Shown: piece after piece, positions 41,812 through 52,560 of the stretch | Position numbering within the stretch: position 1 is the first letter of the stretch | Layout: every line of letters begins with the position of its first letter | Assembly: GCA_963662435.1 (NCBI GenBank) | Contig: OY759598.1 | Location: 3,442,507-3,506,506 of the forward strand | Reading direction: 5' to 3' | Length of the DNA: 64,000 nt | Origin: Dehalococcoidia bacterium | GTDB taxonomy: Bacteria; Chloroflexota; Dehalococcoidia; Lucifugimonadales; VXLM01 | Position numbers and translations under genes: made by a program | The notes under the pieces: model-generated | Database searches by the model: none | The model's input: only the letters and a program-made list of their open reading frames with translations | What the model was told of the DNA's origin: nothing

Positions 41812-42029
41812 CCGAACCCATTCTTCCCGATCTGCACCTCATCGCCAGCCACGTATACCGGCGTGATCCGGTGCCCGTCCGTCAGCTCCAACAACTCAGG
41901 AATCCGCTCAGGGAACACCGAGAGATCAATCTCCTCATACTCCACGCCGTCCCTCTTGAGTTCCCGTTTCAGATCGGTCGTATACCCGCATCCGGGATAG
42001 GAGTAGAGGACCGGCTTCGTCTGTGTCAT
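41799..42029 (-). CDS. Small glutaredoxin-like protein ending in C-x-x-stop
   Basis: LYSYPGCGYT...YEEID...RITPV...GFGCSF*. Confidence 0.75.
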   Translation of the reverse strand: MTQTKPVLYSYPGCGYTTDLKRELKRDGVEYEEIDLSVFPERIPELLELTDGHRITPVYVAGDEVQIGKNGFGCSF

Positions 42030-42171
42030 GGCTGCCTCATGTGGAGATTCGATGCGCAGCGCCATTCTATGCAAGATACCCCCGGAGTTCAATCGGCAGC
42101 CGCCGTTCCGCATAGCCGCCGAACCCCACCGATATGATAAGGTATCCGCCTAACAAAACGACGCTGGGATC

Positions 42172-43569
42172 ATGTGCATGAACGTCATCTGGATAGTTGC
42201 CGACACCTTCCGACAGGATCACCTCGGCGCCTACGGCAAGAAGCCTATCCTGACCCCCTCGCTCGACGCTCTCGCCGCCAATTCCACCCTCTTCACCCGG
42301 CACTACGCCGCCGGATTCCCCACCATGCCCACCCGCGCCGACCACGCACTCGGCCGCTGGACGATGTCCTTCATGGGCTGGGAACCTCTCCCCGAAGACG
42401 CCACGACCCTCGCAGAGATCCTCGCCTCCAGCGGCTACCACACCGCCGCCATGGTCGACACTCCCTTCTACCTGCGCGGCGGCATGAACTACGACAAAGG
42501 CTTTCAGACATTCTCCATGTACACCGGGCAGGAGGGCTCCGTCACCCGCCTCCTGGCTAACCATCACCACGAGTCCCGCGACGCCCGTGAGGCGTGGCGC
42601 TTCGAGGCCGACCGCAACGTCGCCCAGACCGCCACGCGGGCCATGCAATGGCTCCAGCTTCACTACACCGAAGACTTCTTCCTTTACATCGACACCTGGG
42701 ATCCCCACGAACCGTGGGACGCCCCCACGTACTACTCCCGCCTCTACATGCCCGACCACGACGGCGAGGTCGTACAGCCCCCCTACGGCTACTGGCAGGA
42801 GGCCCCCGGCTACACCAAGGAAAAGGTCGCCAGGGCGCGCGCTTCCTACGCCGGAGAGGTCACCATGGTCGATACGTGGATCGGCTACCTGCTCCGTATG
42901 GTCGAGAACATGGGCCTCACGGATGATACCGCCATTATCTTCACCTCCGACCACGGCTTCTACTTCGGCGAACACGGCGGCCTATTCGGCAAGATGACCT
43001 TCGCCAAGCGCCCCGACGGCTCCATGTACCGGCACGGCGACCCCGGCTCCGCGTGGACCTTCTCTCCCCTCTACGAGGAGACCACCTCCATTCCCCTCAT
43101 CGTCCACGTCCCTGGAGCAGAACCAAACGTATACAACGGCCTGACCTCCGCAATCGACGTGATGCCCACCGTCCTTGAAGTCCTCGGACAGGACATCCCC
43201 GCATGGGTCGAAGGCTCATCCCTCCTCCCCAAGGTCCGCGACACGTCCACACCCGGACGCGAGTTCACCGTGACCACCGTCCCCTTCGCCGACCCCGGCG
43301 ACCCCGTGCGCTCCGTCGACAACTTCCGTCGCAAGCTGGAAAGCAGTCTCGTGACCACCATCTCCACCGACGAGTGGGTGCTGCTCTACACAACCGACGA
43401 GGGCATGTCCCAGCTCTACCATCTACCAACCGATCCGGGGCAGGAGCGCAACGTCATCGCCGACAACCCAGACGTTGCGCGAGGCGTCCATCAGCACCTC
43501 GTCAAGTTCATGCGGGACACCAACCTGCCCGACCGCCGTATCCAACCAAGACTCGAGCTCAGAATGTAA
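42172..43569 (+). CDS. Sulfatase-family hydrolase
   Basis: NVIWIVADTFRQD, TP.LD, DPHEPW and TSDHG motifs; active-site motif reads TMPTR. Confidence 0.9.
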   Translation: MCMNVIWIVADTFRQDHLGAYGKKPILTPSLDALAANSTLFTRHYAAGFPTMPTRADHALGRWTMSFMGWEPLPEDATTLAEILASSGYHTAAMVDTPFYLRGGMNYDKGFQTFSMYTGQEGSVTRLLANHHHESRDAREAWRFEADRNVAQTATRAMQWLQLHYTEDFFLYIDTWDPHEPWDAPTYYSRLYMPDHDGEVVQPPYGYWQEAPGYTKEKVARARASYAGEVTMVDTWIGYLLRMVENMGLTDDTAIIFTSDHGFYFGEHGGLFGKMTFAKRPDGSMYRHGDPGSAWTFSPLYEETTSIPLIVHVPGAEPNVYNGLTSAIDVMPTVLEVLGQDIPAWVEGSSLLPKVRDTSTPGREFTVTTVPFADPGDPVRSVDNFRRKLESSLVTTISTDEWVLLYTTDEGMSQLYHLPTDPGQERNVIADNPDVARGVHQHLVKFMRDTNLPDRRIQPRLELRM

Positions 43570-43588
43570 GCCAGGAGAAGACGCACTA

Positions 43589-44563
43589 ATGAAGAAACGT
43601 CAAGAAAAACTCGTAGGGCCGGTCGTCTCCCTGCCCACATTCGTCGACGATGACCACAACCTCCTCCTCGACCGGCAGGCGAAGCACATCCGCTGGCTCA
43701 TGGACCACGGCATCGGCGTGGACGGCAACGGCGTCCTCCTCGCCGCCGGAGGCTACGGCGAGGGCTACTTCCTCGACGACGGCGAGCTCTTCGCCCTCAT
43801 CGACGTGCTCGTGGACACTGCAGGCGGTAAGGCCCCAACTATGGTCGGCGTCTTCGACCTCAACGCCCGGACGGCCGCGCGACGCTCCAAGTACGCCGGT
43901 GACGCCGGAATCGAATTCATCGAGCTTGGCCTTCCTCACTACTCCTGCCCGTCGGAAGAGGACGTATACCTCTACACGAAATACGTCAATGACAACGCCG
44001 ACGTTGGACTCATGAACTACAACAACTTCTGGGTCACTCCCGCCCCTGGATACGAGATCACCCGGTCGCTGATGGAGCGATTCATCGACCTTGAGAACGT
44101 CGTCGGCTTTAAGTGGAGCTCAGCGAGCCCCGCCCACTACGTCGGACTCCTCAAGCTCTTCGCCGATGAGTTCAACTTCATCGACAACGGTATGATGAAC
44201 TCCCAGGGCGCTCGATTCGGGATGGCGGGATTCGTCGACTTCTTCGGCAACGTTGCCCCGAGTCTGTCTCTGACCAAGTGGGAGATGTTCCGCGACGGTC
44301 GCTACGACGAGCTCGACGAACTACTCGACACCCTCCACTTCGATACTGACAACCGCCTGAGCAACGAAGCCCCCGCCTTCGCCTCCGTGGCCGACGGCGT
44401 CTTCGGCCACGTCCGCTGGGAGGTCATGGGTCTCCACGCAGGCCCCAATTTCCCCGCTCAGGCACCCGCCCCGCAGGCCCTCTACGACCACACCCGCCGG
44501 GTATTCACCGAGAGCGGCCTCATGGATCACATCGAGTGGGACCAGTCGATACTCGAAGACTGA
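43589..44563 (+). CDS. Dihydrodipicolinate synthase-family protein
   Basis: GPVVSLPTF, GYGEG, YNN and NVVGFKWS motifs. Confidence 0.85.
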   Translation: MKKRQEKLVGPVVSLPTFVDDDHNLLLDRQAKHIRWLMDHGIGVDGNGVLLAAGGYGEGYFLDDGELFALIDVLVDTAGGKAPTMVGVFDLNARTAARRSKYAGDAGIEFIELGLPHYSCPSEEDVYLYTKYVNDNADVGLMNYNNFWVTPAPGYEITRSLMERFIDLENVVGFKWSSASPAHYVGLLKLFADEFNFIDNGMMNSQGARFGMAGFVDFFGNVAPSLSLTKWEMFRDGRYDELDELLDTLHFDTDNRLSNEAPAFASVADGVFGHVRWEVMGLHAGPNFPAQAPAPQALYDHTRRVFTESGLMDHIEWDQSILED

Positions 44564-44638
44564 TGAAATGACGAGAACAATCTCTCCCCCGCCGGGGGAG
44601 AGACACAGAGAGGGGGCTTCCCCCACCAGGAGCTAGAA

Positions 44639-45610
44639 ATGCCAAACGACTACAGCCGCGAGCGACTCCAGGGCAGCGTCCTTTCGATGCTGACCTTCAC
44701 CAACGACGACTACAGCCTAGATCTCGACGGCCAGCGAAAGCACGTCCGCTGGCTCATCGACCAGGGGATGGTTGAAGGGAAGTGTGTCCACCTCATCGCC
44801 GGTGGTGCAGGGGAGACGTACATGCTCGAAGAGGACGAGTTCCGCGCCCTGGCCGACCTCATCATCGACGAGGGCAAGGGCGTCGCGCCGACCATGGTCA
44901 TGGTCTCCGAGCTAAGCGCCCGCGCCGCGGCCAGAAAGTGCGCCTACGCCGCCGAGGCGGGCATCGACTTCGTTCTCCTCTCTCCACCTCACTACTCCCA
45001 GCCCACCGAGGAGGACATCTACCTCCACCACAAGTACGTCAATGACCGGGTCGACATTGGCATCATGACCTACAACAGCTTCTGGGTCATGCCCGGCGGC
45101 TACTCCTACAGTCCCGCATTGTTCGAGAAACTAGCCGACCTCGAAAAAGTCGTGGGCGTCAAGTGGACCGGCACAACCACTGAGGACTACTTAGGCTTCC
45201 AGCAGATGTTCGGCGACAGGTTCGCCCTCAGCGAGAACAGGCAGTTCTTCGGCATGGGCGCGCGTTTCGGCATGAAGAGCAGGATCGACGTTATGGCAAA
45301 CGCCGCGCCGCGACTCTCGCTGCACCAGACCAGGCTCACGCAGGAAGGCCACTACGATGAACTGGAAGCTCTCTACCGGCAACTGCAGTTCGATCCCGTC
45401 TACCAGCGAGGCCGCAGGCGTGTGGCCGCAGGCATGGTCGCCGACGGTCCTCACGCACGGATGCTGCTCCGGCTTATGGGACTCGAGACCGGCCCGTCCT
45501 TCCCCGGACAGGCAGAGCCGCCGCAGGAATACGTCGACTTCTGGCGTGAGTCAATCGAGATCAGTGGCGTCCTCGAATGGGTCGACTGGGACCAGTCCCT
45601 GCTGGATTAG
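44639..45610 (+). CDS. Dihydrodipicolinate synthase-family protein (tandem paralog)
   Basis: GAGET, YNS and VVGVKWT motifs; shares the C-terminal WDQS with the upstream paralog. Confidence 0.85.
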   Translation: MPNDYSRERLQGSVLSMLTFTNDDYSLDLDGQRKHVRWLIDQGMVEGKCVHLIAGGAGETYMLEEDEFRALADLIIDEGKGVAPTMVMVSELSARAAARKCAYAAEAGIDFVLLSPPHYSQPTEEDIYLHHKYVNDRVDIGIMTYNSFWVMPGGYSYSPALFEKLADLEKVVGVKWTGTTTEDYLGFQQMFGDRFALSENRQFFGMGARFGMKSRIDVMANAAPRLSLHQTRLTQEGHYDELEALYRQLQFDPVYQRGRRRVAAGMVADGPHARMLLRLMGLETGPSFPGQAEPPQEYVDFWRESIEISGVLEWVDWDQSLLD

Positions 45611-45998
45611 GCGAGCAGTCAACCACGGTCTCTCCCCCGTCAGGGGAGAGATACAGAGAGGGGGTTCCGACCTCAATTCCCACTCTGCGCTCCCTGCGCC
45701 CTCTACGGTGAATCCCCCGCTCTTACCACTTGCTGGACTCTTCCGCGTACACGTGGTCGGGCAGAGAGTAGCGGACTCCATCCTCGTCGAACAACGAAGT
45801 ATCGAGCAGGCCCGTGAATCTGCTGAAGTTACTGTCCTGCCGACGGCCTGGAAGAATATTACCCAGGATGTGGCCGTAGTGCTGCTGCATCTTGAACCAC
45901 CAGACAACTCCAAAGGGCGAGAGTTTTGGATACAACAGTGAATCGGCCGCCTCGTTTCCGATTAGCCCGCGGGAAATACGGTACACGTATTGAGCTAG

Positions 45999-47192
45999 GG
46001 AACCTCTGAACAACCAGCTGTGGAGTTGGGCTGAGTTGATTGTAGGCGTTTTCGGAGATGTTGAGCCTTTACTTGGAGCTTAGGTGGGGTTATTTCGTCC
46101 TGCTTTTGCCTCTGGCGGGACATCTTCGTCCCTGTCAGCCCTGATTGGGCCCACGTATACAAGGTCACTCACACTGCCAAGTATCGCTCGGCTCTCATCA
46201 GGTTGGCGAACCCCAGCAGCAATGCCAGCCGCTGCGTGTTCTTGGCCAGCCCTCGGTAGCGGACCTTCGTGTAGCCAAAGCGCCTCTTGACGTACAGGAA
46301 CGGATGCTCCACCTTCGCCCTTACTGATGCCTTGCGCTTCTCCCTCGCCGCATCATCGCTCCCAACCTTCAGTTTTCGACGCTGACCAGGCCTCATCGCC
46401 ACCTGCCACTCCACCTCCAAGTCTCGATTCTCAGGCCTCTTGTCCACCCCCTGATACCCCGCATCACCCCACACTTGTGTCTCCCCACCGTGCAGTAACC
46501 GAGGCGTTTCAGTCACGTCATGCACGTTCGCCGGCGTTGTGGACACGCTATGCACCACTCCCGTCTCAGAGTCCACTCCGATATGCAACTTCATACCGAA
46601 GTGCCACTCGTTACCCTTCTTGGTCTGGCGCATCTCAGGGTCGCGCTCCTTACTCCGATTCTTCGTCGACGACGGCGCGGCGATGATGCTCGCGTCCACT
46701 ATAGTCCCCTCCTGTAGACGAAGTCCCTGAGACTCTAGATGACGGTTTATCTCCTCCATCAGGCCCGTGCCCAACTCGTGCTTGTCCAACAGATGGCGGA
46801 AGTTCAGGATCGTCGTCTCGTCCGGCAACGGCCCAGATAGCCTCAGACCTACGAAGCGTCTCACCGACTCGACCTCGTAAAGCATGTCTTCTATCCCGGG
46901 GTCGCTCAGGTTATAGAACAACTGCACGCAATGTATCCGAAGCATCGTCGACAACTCATAGGGGCGCCGACCACGGCCAGCCTTGGGGTAGAACGGTCGG
47001 ATGCGCTCTTCCAACTCTTCCCAAGGGATCAGACCGTCCATGCGTTCAAGAAACTTCTCCCTGCGAGTCTTTCGCTTCTTGCCCTCGTATTCCAAGTCGG
47101 CGAAGGTTGGCTGGTCCATCGAATCTCTCCTCGGCTATCGTGATGACCCCCATGATACTATGCCTTAGAACATAGACTTGTTCAGAGGTTCC
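45999..47192 (-). mobile_element. IS5-family insertion sequence, 1194 bp
   Basis: Perfect 15-bp terminal inverted repeats GGAACCTCTGAACAA; CTAG target duplication at 45995-45998 and 47193-47196. Confidence 0.95.
46169..47119 (-). CDS. IS5-family transposase
   Basis: PDETTILNFRH, IVDASII, WHFGMKLHIGVD and RAKVEHPF motifs. Confidence 0.96.
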   Translation of the reverse strand: MDQPTFADLEYEGKKRKTRREKFLERMDGLIPWEELEERIRPFYPKAGRGRRPYELSTMLRIHCVQLFYNLSDPGIEDMLYEVESVRRFVGLRLSGPLPDETTILNFRHLLDKHELGTGLMEEINRHLESQGLRLQEGTIVDASIIAAPSSTKNRSKERDPEMRQTKKGNEWHFGMKLHIGVDSETGVVHSVSTTPANVHDVTETPRLLHGGETQVWGDAGYQGVDKRPENRDLEVEWQVAMRPGQRRKLKVGSDDAAREKRKASVRAKVEHPFLYVKRRFGYTKVRYRGLAKNTQRLALLLGFANLMRAERYLAV

Positions 47193-48142
47193 CTAGGCTT
47201 TGACGGGCCTCCGGATCGGTCATCCCTGCTATCAATGGAGCCGAGTTGACCAGAGCGTGTGCCATCACGACCGATTCAATTGGGGACTCAGGCTCGCAAA
47301 TGTGGCCGATGTCATACAGTTCCAGGGCTTCATCGGCATCTTGGAACAGGATGCTCTTGGGAATCCCCATCAAGTGACCGGAGTAGCGCCAAACGGCCAT
47401 GAAGCTCGCGTACTCTTCGTCGTTGTACTTAGCGCCCAGAGTCTTCATGTGTTTCAGCAGTCTTGCCGAAAAAGCGGAGACGGCGTAACCCAAATGCGCC
47501 GCGCTTATCGCCAACCCCCAAGCTTCGTGTTCCCACTCGTCCGAATTGCCCAGGAGACGTCTTACCCGTGCGTGAATGATTCTAATGCGGACCGATAGTT
47601 TCCAGCCGTCTCCATCCCTGTACATGCCGCCGGGAAGGAAAATCTCCATCATGTGACGGTTGTTCTGTCCCAAACGCCTGACGCCCTGGTCGCGCACCCG
47701 CCCGGTGATGTGAAAGGACTTTGCAATGTTCGTGGTAAAGCCTTCTATCAGAACGCCTGCGACGAATGCCGCCAGGATGACCGACGAGTTCCTGTGAAAC
47801 ATGCGGACACCCGGAGCGAATGCCGAATAGTCGAGCCATTCCGGCAAAGTTTCCGCGTCTCTGAAAAATTCTCGCAGCGAGGCCGGTGCGCCCCGCAGGG
47901 CCTCCTCGCCTTCGTTATTCATAGCTGCCGTGATGAATCGTCTTGAGTCTTCTGGGCCACACTCTGCGAGATCTTCCGCCATCGCTTCGCCCAGCGGATC
48001 CCCAATGTGTGTGTGCGCGATGTAATTGTCCGCGATATCGGCCTTGATCGCGCGGGCAATTTCGTAGCCCGGCTTATAGTCAGTTGGTATGTTCATTGGC
48101 GATCACACCTCCACCTAAGCTCTGCTCTCGACAGAACGAAAT

Positions 48143-50344
48143 TCAAGATTCTTCCGCTTCTACGCGCAGATCCGGGAGCCAGCCAAGCCAGGACGGCAGG
48201 TACCAGTTTCCTCTGCCCAGCACCTCCATGCTGGCCGGAACCAGTACCGATCGTACCAGAGTCGCATCCAGAAACACAGCTACTGCAAGCCCAAATCCGA
48301 CCTGTTGGTTGACGATGGTCTCGCCTGCGGCGAATCCTCCGAACACCGCAACCATGATAAGCGCGGCACCGGTGATCATTCCTCCCGTGGACCGCAGACC
48401 GTAGGCCACCGCGCGGGCGTTGTCCCCGGTCTCGTCGTAGCGCTCACGTATCCGGCTCAGCAAGAATACATGGTAGTCCATGGAGAGCCCGAAGAGGATG
48501 GAGAACAGGAAGAGGGGTATCCACGCGTCGATGACCTCGGCGTGTTGAAATCCCAGCAAGTTCGTGCCCACTCCCTTCTGGAATACCAGCACCAGCAGTC
48601 CATACGTAGCGCCGACAGAGAGTAGATTCATGATGATGGCTTTGACCGGGATCACTATCGAGCGGAAGACCAGCATCAACAAGATGAAGCTGAGTCCAAG
48701 GACGAACGCAAAGACTATGGGGGTATATGCGTCGACTATGCCGAAGAAGTCTGTGGCCTCAGCCGTAACTCCTCCGACATGGACCTCCGCCGGAACTCCG
48801 TCGAAGGCGGCGGGAATGTACACGTCGCGGAGCCTGATCAGCTTCTCCGTCGCCGCGCGGCTGTTGGGTTCACCCGGGAACGGGAGCGTCAGCAGGGCGA
48901 AGTCGCCCTCGGCATTGGCCTCCAGAGAGGGCGGGACCGGGAACTCGGGGGCGTCCGCGAGAGACTGAGTCAAGCGGTCAATAGCCTCCTGCACCTGTGC
49001 ACTCTCGACGTCTCCTTCAATGGCGATCTCCGCCGGGCTGAGCGCCCCGGCGGGACTGACATCCCCGACCGAGAACTCCTCTTCCAGGACGATGAAAGCC
49101 TCCTTGACCTCCGACTTGTCCGGGAAGGTGTTGACGTCGTTTAGCCCCGTATTGATGTCGAAGTAGAAATACGTCAGCGCAATCATCGGAACGCCGATGA
49201 TGAGGATGCTGACGACGGGGAAGCGCGTAACGACGCGGGTGATGGTCTCCCAGAATCCGTGTTCACCGGCTTGAGGATTTCCGAGTGAGAATCGTGAGAG
49301 GAAGGGGACGGTCAGAAGGCTCACCTTGGGACCGAGCAGCGAGAGCACGGCGGGCAAGAGTGTGAGGGTCGCGGCCAGAGCGGCAATCACCACCAGGATG
49401 GCCCCTATGCCGAGTGACTGGTAGAACGACACCGGAATGATCAGCATACCGAGAAGAGCCAGCACTACGGTGGCGCCGCTGAACAGCACCGTGCGGCCGG
49501 CCGTATCGCCTGCCCTTTCGACCGCGTCTCTCGTATTGAGGCCGCGATTCATCTCTTCTCTGAATCGAGACACGATCAGCAGCGAATAGTCGATGCCCAC
49601 CGCAAGCCCGATCATGGTGATCATCATCGTCACGAAGAAGATCAGCTCGAAGACCTGGCCGATGAGTCCCACCGCTGCCAACGCCAGGACTATCGCGACA
49701 ATGGCCAGCCCCAAAGGCAGCAGAGTGGCGACGACAGCGCCGAAGAGCGCCAGCAGAATGATCAGCGCGATGGGGATGCCGAACCGCTCCCCCTTCTCCA
49801 GGTCTTCGGCGCTCAACTCATTGTTCTCGAAGGCTACGCTGGCGTCTCCGCCGATGAGCACGCGAAAGTCGTCCGTGCCGTCCGCTTCCCGGACGACGTG
49901 AATGACGTCCTCGACGTTCTCCGTCGCCTCTTTGTAGTTCCCGGCTAGAACAAATCTCATTATGGTGGTTCTGCGATCGGGAGATACCAGGAACGGGTCG
50001 TCGGTCAAATAGTAGTGAAGTCCAAGCTGAACCGTGTCAGGTCCCAGTGCCGTGATCTGGGAATGTATCGATTCGACCTTTGCGCGGAACGCGGCGTCAT
50101 CGACAGTCAGGGACGGGGACTGGACTATGACGAACTCCGAAAGCGGTTTAGGCCCTCGCAGTCTGTCCTCCACCCGGGCGGCCGCTATTTCCGATTCGTA
50201 GCCGCTCCCCAGCCGGAACTCGGTAGTGGTCGCGCTAGGGAGCAGGGTTCGGATGATCGCCAGCGCAACTACAATCAGCACCACCCAAATGCCGATGGTG
50301 ACCCACGGTCTTCGTGCGCTAATGCGGGCTAGAATTTCGGTCAT
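48143..50344 (-). CDS. MMPL-family transporter
   Basis: GLAVGIDYSL and FGLSMDYHVFLLSRIRE motifs. Confidence 0.93.
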   Translation of the reverse strand: MTEILARISARRPWVTIGIWVVLIVVALAIIRTLLPSATTTEFRLGSGYESEIAAARVEDRLRGPKPLSEFVIVQSPSLTVDDAAFRAKVESIHSQITALGPDTVQLGLHYYLTDDPFLVSPDRRTTIMRFVLAGNYKEATENVEDVIHVVREADGTDDFRVLIGGDASVAFENNELSAEDLEKGERFGIPIALIILLALFGAVVATLLPLGLAIVAIVLALAAVGLIGQVFELIFFVTMMITMIGLAVGIDYSLLIVSRFREEMNRGLNTRDAVERAGDTAGRTVLFSGATVVLALLGMLIIPVSFYQSLGIGAILVVIAALAATLTLLPAVLSLLGPKVSLLTVPFLSRFSLGNPQAGEHGFWETITRVVTRFPVVSILIIGVPMIALTYFYFDINTGLNDVNTFPDKSEVKEAFIVLEEEFSVGDVSPAGALSPAEIAIEGDVESAQVQEAIDRLTQSLADAPEFPVPPSLEANAEGDFALLTLPFPGEPNSRAATEKLIRLRDVYIPAAFDGVPAEVHVGGVTAEATDFFGIVDAYTPIVFAFVLGLSFILLMLVFRSIVIPVKAIIMNLLSVGATYGLLVLVFQKGVGTNLLGFQHAEVIDAWIPLFLFSILFGLSMDYHVFLLSRIRERYDETGDNARAVAYGLRSTGGMITGAALIMVAVFGGFAAGETIVNQQVGFGLAVAVFLDATLVRSVLVPASMEVLGRGNWYLPSWLGWLPDLRVEAEES

Positions 50345-50684
50345 CAGACCCCGACCTCCGCGCTACAGGGACGCTAACTAAATCTTCACAAATGACCTTA
50401 CCCGATAGAAGAACACGATACAAGCATGTACAGGCACACCTGAATACCTTTTCATACTTGGAAGTGCACCCACACGCAGTTCGGCCCTGCCGAGTCACAG
50501 CCAAGCCCACTGGCGACCGGCTACGTCCCTCAGGGCCTTTTCATTGTCGTAGCAATTAAAGATTACCTATCCCATTCGTCTTGGGCTTGTCGAAGGCCCT
50601 CTTCGTGGTTCGACAGGCTTACCACGAATGGACATTTGAAAGGCCCTTCATATTACTTTCGAGGGACGAAGTGCGCTCTGAGCC

Positions 50685-52379
50685 CTATGATGTCACCGCG
50701 CCCTGCGACGCCGAACCCACCAACTGCGCGAACTTCGCCATCACGCCGCGCTCGTACCGGGACGTGGGAGCCTTCCATGTCCTGCGTCGTCGCTCAAGCT
50801 CCTCATCGGAGACTAGCACGCTGAGTTCACGCGTCTCCACATTCATCCGAATCGTGTCACCGTCTTGAACGAGACCAATATTCCCGCCGACCGCAGCCTC
50901 GGGAGCCACGTGACCTATCATCGGTCCGTGAGTCGCTCCGGAGAACCGCCCATCCGTGATGAGCAGCACATTCGAGCCGAGGTCACCTTGGCCCATGATC
51001 GCGCCCGTCACCGCGAGCATCTCCTGCATTCCCGGCCCGCCCTTTGGGCCTTCGTACCGGATGATAGCCACGTCCCCGCTCACGACCTCGCCCCTCGTGA
51101 CTGCCTCGAAGCAGGCCCGCTCCCCGTCGTACACCTTCGCCGGACCTTCATGCGCGAGATGCTTCGTGCCCGCCACCTTCATGACCGCGCCGTCCGGCGC
51201 CAGGTTCCCCTTGAGTATGACGAGCCCACCCGTCTTGCTGCGAGGCTTGGATGCCGGATAAATCACCTTGCTGTCCGGCGGGCTGATGTTCATTTCGGCC
51301 AGGTTCTCGGCCATGCTCTTGCCGGTCACCGTGAGGCAATCGCCGTGCAGAAGCCCCGCGTCCAGCAATTCCTTCATCACAACTTGAATACCGCCCGATC
51401 GGTCCACGTCAGACATCACGTACTGCCCACCCGGACGAAGATCGGTCATGTACGGCGTCGTGCGGCTCAGACGGTCGAAGTCGTCTATGTGCATATCGAC
51501 ATTCGCCTCATGTGCGATGGCCAGCAGATGCAGCACCGCGTTGGTCGAACCGCCCATGGCCAGCACCACCATCATCGCGTTTTCGATCGACTCTTTCGTA
51601 ATGATGTCGCGTGGCTTGATGTCGCGTTTCAACAGCGTGTAGAGGGCCTCCCCAGCGCTGTAGGCAATTCCCTCGCCCCGCCGGTCGACGGCAGGTATCG
51701 AAGCCGCGCCAGGCAGAGACATGCCCATCGCCTCGATGGCCGACGACATCGTGTTCGCCGTAAACATCCCGGAACACGCGCCCTCGCCAGGACATGCGAC
51801 CTTCTCCATTCCCGTGAGGTCGTCTTCCGAGAGTTGACCGCGTGACCACGACCCCACGGCCTCGAACATGTCCTGGATGTTTATGTCCTTACCGTGGAAG
51901 TTGCCCGGCAGGATCGCCCCGCCGTAGACGAATATCGAAGGGATGTTCAGCCGCGCCATCGACATGATGCAGCCCGGCATGTTCTTGTCGCACGCCGCAA
52001 CCGCGATCAACCCGTCCATGCTCTCCCCGAAGCACACCGTCTCGATCGAGTCTGCTATGACCTCGCGGCTGACAAGCGAGGCCTTCATCCCCTCCGTGCC
52101 CATCGATATGCCGTCGCTGATCGTAATAGTGCCGAACATGAAGGGCACGCTGTCCGCCGCCCAAATTCCGTCCTTCACTCGTTCCGCGATGCGTGTCAGG
52201 TGCACGTTGCAGGGCGTAACGTCGCTCGCGAGGTTTGCCACGCCCACGAACGGTTTCACCATGTCTTCGTCCCGAAGTCCTACTGCCCGCAGCATCGAAC
52301 GCGCCGGCGCACGATCGGGCCCAAGACTAAGTGCGGCACTCTTCTTCTTCAACGTATGTCGTTCGGCAGCGATGGTCAT
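50685..52379 (-). CDS. ilvD: Dihydroxy-acid dehydratase
   Basis: PCNVH, CDKNMPG, GGSTN and TDGRFSG motifs. Confidence 0.96.
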   Translation of the reverse strand: MTIAAERHTLKKKSAALSLGPDRAPARSMLRAVGLRDEDMVKPFVGVANLASDVTPCNVHLTRIAERVKDGIWAADSVPFMFGTITISDGISMGTEGMKASLVSREVIADSIETVCFGESMDGLIAVAACDKNMPGCIMSMARLNIPSIFVYGGAILPGNFHGKDINIQDMFEAVGSWSRGQLSEDDLTGMEKVACPGEGACSGMFTANTMSSAIEAMGMSLPGAASIPAVDRRGEGIAYSAGEALYTLLKRDIKPRDIITKESIENAMMVVLAMGGSTNAVLHLLAIAHEANVDMHIDDFDRLSRTTPYMTDLRPGGQYVMSDVDRSGGIQVVMKELLDAGLLHGDCLTVTGKSMAENLAEMNISPPDSKVIYPASKPRSKTGGLVILKGNLAPDGAVMKVAGTKHLAHEGPAKVYDGERACFEAVTRGEVVSGDVAIIRYEGPKGGPGMQEMLAVTGAIMGQGDLGSNVLLITDGRFSGATHGPMIGHVAPEAAVGGNIGLVQDGDTIRMNVETRELSVLVSDEELERRRRTWKAPTSRYERGVMAKFAQLVGSASQGAVTS

Positions 52380-52560
52380 ATTCTGTCTCCCGGTAGATAG
52401 ATTTGTCGTCGGAGCGGAATACTCCTCGCACCTATCTAGCTTTGAATCTAAAGGTTAAGAGGGCAGTGCGCGAGGGTCAAGGATATATGACCTCCCTTAT
52501 TCAGCACCTACACACTCCGCTCGAACGGTCGTCCCAGCACGTACTACCCAATACTTTCTA

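Larger units (their letters stand above)
45723..48096 (-). pseudogene. MpaB/rubber-oxygenase-family gene interrupted by IS5
   Basis: RIRIIHARVR and WRYSGHLMGIP motifs; removing the IS restores ...EARQSLAQYVYR..., a 391-aa ORF. Confidence 0.85.
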
